The notes under the pieces were generated by a model. That model did not search any database, was not told the DNA's origin, and worked only from the letters and a program-made list of their open reading frames with translations. This document shows positions 62,382 through 64,000 of a stretch of 64,000 nucleotides of DNA, piece by piece. The number at the start of each line of letters is the position of its first letter. Position 1 is the first letter of the stretch. The translations under genes were made by a program, and so were the position numbers. This DNA is from Vicugna vicugna (Eukaryota), in contig MU058531.1 of the NCBI GenBank assembly GCA_013265495.1, forward strand, positions 674,678 through 738,677. The letters are read 5' to 3'.

Positions 62382-62825
62382 ATGCCACTCAGGATTTATG
62401 CAAGAAACAGATGGCACAATCAAGGGGATAATGGAGGAGAATTCAATGAAGAGACTGTTTACAGAGATGTGGCCAAGATTAAGGGGGATTCAGGAGAGAT
62501 GGAGGAGTGCTGCGGTGTGAGCAAGGGTGAGAAGCCTGGAGGGGTTGGGGAGGAAGCTATTACTTCAATCTGGAGAAAGAGAGAGCTGTGACCTTTAGGG
62601 AGAGATATAACCAGGGTTTGGGTATTTAGTAGAGAGGGTGCCAGAAGAACACCCCTTCTTCCCTCTTATCTCTATGTAGTGCCAATCTCCTGCTAGTGAT
62701 CCCCCTGACCTAACCAGAAGCCAAAGGACAAATATCCCTTGATGCCATTCATATAGGTCAGCCTCCCTGGGCACAAATCAGGGGAGAATGCTGCAGAGTG
62801 AAGCTCGTGAGGTAAACAAGACACC
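62382..62825 (-). mobile_element. Ancient LTR (family uncertain)
   Basis: caagaaacagatggcaca; aaccagaagccaaagg; cataggtcagcctccc-like motif. Confidence 0.55.
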
Positions 62826-63344
62826 AGCCTTGTTCTATGATCCAATGATGTGTTGCTTTGTCCTGATAATAACATTTAAATTAATGTCTTTATTTTCTGG
62901 AATGTATAAATATTAATATTCATTATTGAGTGAGAATAAGATTCTAGGGGCACATCTTTCTTTCCCCAGTTCAAAGGAGGTAAGATAAAATGACTACCAG
63001 TTTCTTATTTAAACAAAGAGTTTGAGATTTTATGTCTCACTTAAGTTAACAAATAACATTGTCATTCACTTGCATTGCAGTTTTTTGAGTGGGAAATTAA
63101 GAGGCTGAATTAAATTTAGGAAGGAGGCAAGCATAAAAGTATATTTCCCTGGTTAATTGTTTTTTTTTTTTAAAGGCTGAAAATTGCTATTGGATGACAA
63201 GCAATTTCAAATGTCTTTTGTTGGCCGGAATGATGAATCTGACTTAACAAAAGAAAAAGCCCTCAGTTCTTTTTCACAAATTAAGTTGTCCAAGCACAAG
63301 GAAAGCCATCCCTAAAAATAAGTCTTGAATCAAAGATCTAGTAG

Positions 63345-63905
63345 CTGTTGAAAAGTACAAAATTTGTTATGAGCTAAAAGGTGACACAACTGATAGGAAA
63401 TTCAATGCAATCTTAGGCCAAAGGAAGATTAAGAAACTTCAGATCCAAGGAATTAATAATTCCATGGGGTGGGGGGTTGCATAGATTAAACAGCACCTGC
63501 AATGCTGAACAGTTAGAGGGGTATGGGTAAAACAACCATCAGATGATGAAGGATCTCAAAACTAGGTTATGAAAACAATTTAGAGATAGTCTGGCTATAA
63601 AGCCTGGAGAAGATTTAAGGAAGATCTGATATGGCAAACATCTAAAGCTGTATGGAAAAACAGTAGACTAGTTGCATGTGACTCCAGGTGGCAGAACTAG
63701 AGCAATGGGGTTAAGTGACAAGCAGAAAGATTTGGACTCAACATAGAGAACAACTGATGAGAAACTAGAAATGTCTACAGATAGAAAACTTTGTCTTTTG
63801 AGGTGGGAGATTGAAGAGGAGAATGGATCTCAAGGATGTTGAAAGAGTCTTACAATGAAGGCATAGCCATACTGAATGATCTTTGAGGTTCTGTGATCTG
63901 TGATT
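63345..63905 (+). mobile_element. L3/CR1 LINE 3' fragment
   Basis: aatgcaatcttaggc; agcctggagaaga; ggcagaactagagcaatgggg; agatttggactcaacat; tail tctttgaggttctgtgatctgtgatt. Confidence 0.8.
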
Positions 63906-64000
63906 TGATGACAAAAGAGCATATTGAAACTGATGCTGAACTGAAATGGCTAGCATGGGGCAAGGAAGAAATGATTTAAAATGATTTAAAAATGGAAGAG

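Noticed and set aside
1..64000. Many TGA[G/C]TCA sites and a mild excess of + strand L1s
   Set aside because: Counts look compatible with chance and are too few to infer an enhancer cluster or host-gene strand.
1..64000. CRISPR array, operon or other prokaryotic-type system
   Set aside because: No regular repeat-spacer structure or gene-dense region; the sequence is mammalian throughout.

Overview
Mammalian, AT-rich, CpG-poor DNA from an intron or intergenic region. It is very probably from a camelid (alpaca, vicuna or camel), because it carries several copies of a tRNA-derived SINE (GGGGAGGGTATAGCTCAGTGGTAGAG...GGTTCAATCCCCAGTACCTCCATTAA) matching my recollection of the Camelidae Vic-1 family, plus cetartiodactyl-type L1 3' ends. 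I can support no host protein-coding exon, RNA gene or CpG island. Every recognisable ORF in the track is LINE-1 debris, and the long ORFs at 27.3-28.8 kb are artefacts of a 958-nt N gap. A large share of the window is transposon fossils: L1, L2, L3/CR1, MIR, MaLR/ERVL LTRs, one intact ERV1-type solo LTR, and hAT/Tigger MITEs. I found no credible new biological system. The notable content is insertion mechanics readable from target-site duplications (TSDs): a 5'-inverted L1 containing a second 5'-inverted L1, a tail-less internal L1 ORF2 piece with TSDs, and an L1 that seems to have deleted its target. There are also a few weak splice and regulatory candidates. Repeat family names come from remembered consensus sequences, not a search, and boundaries of old elements are approximate.
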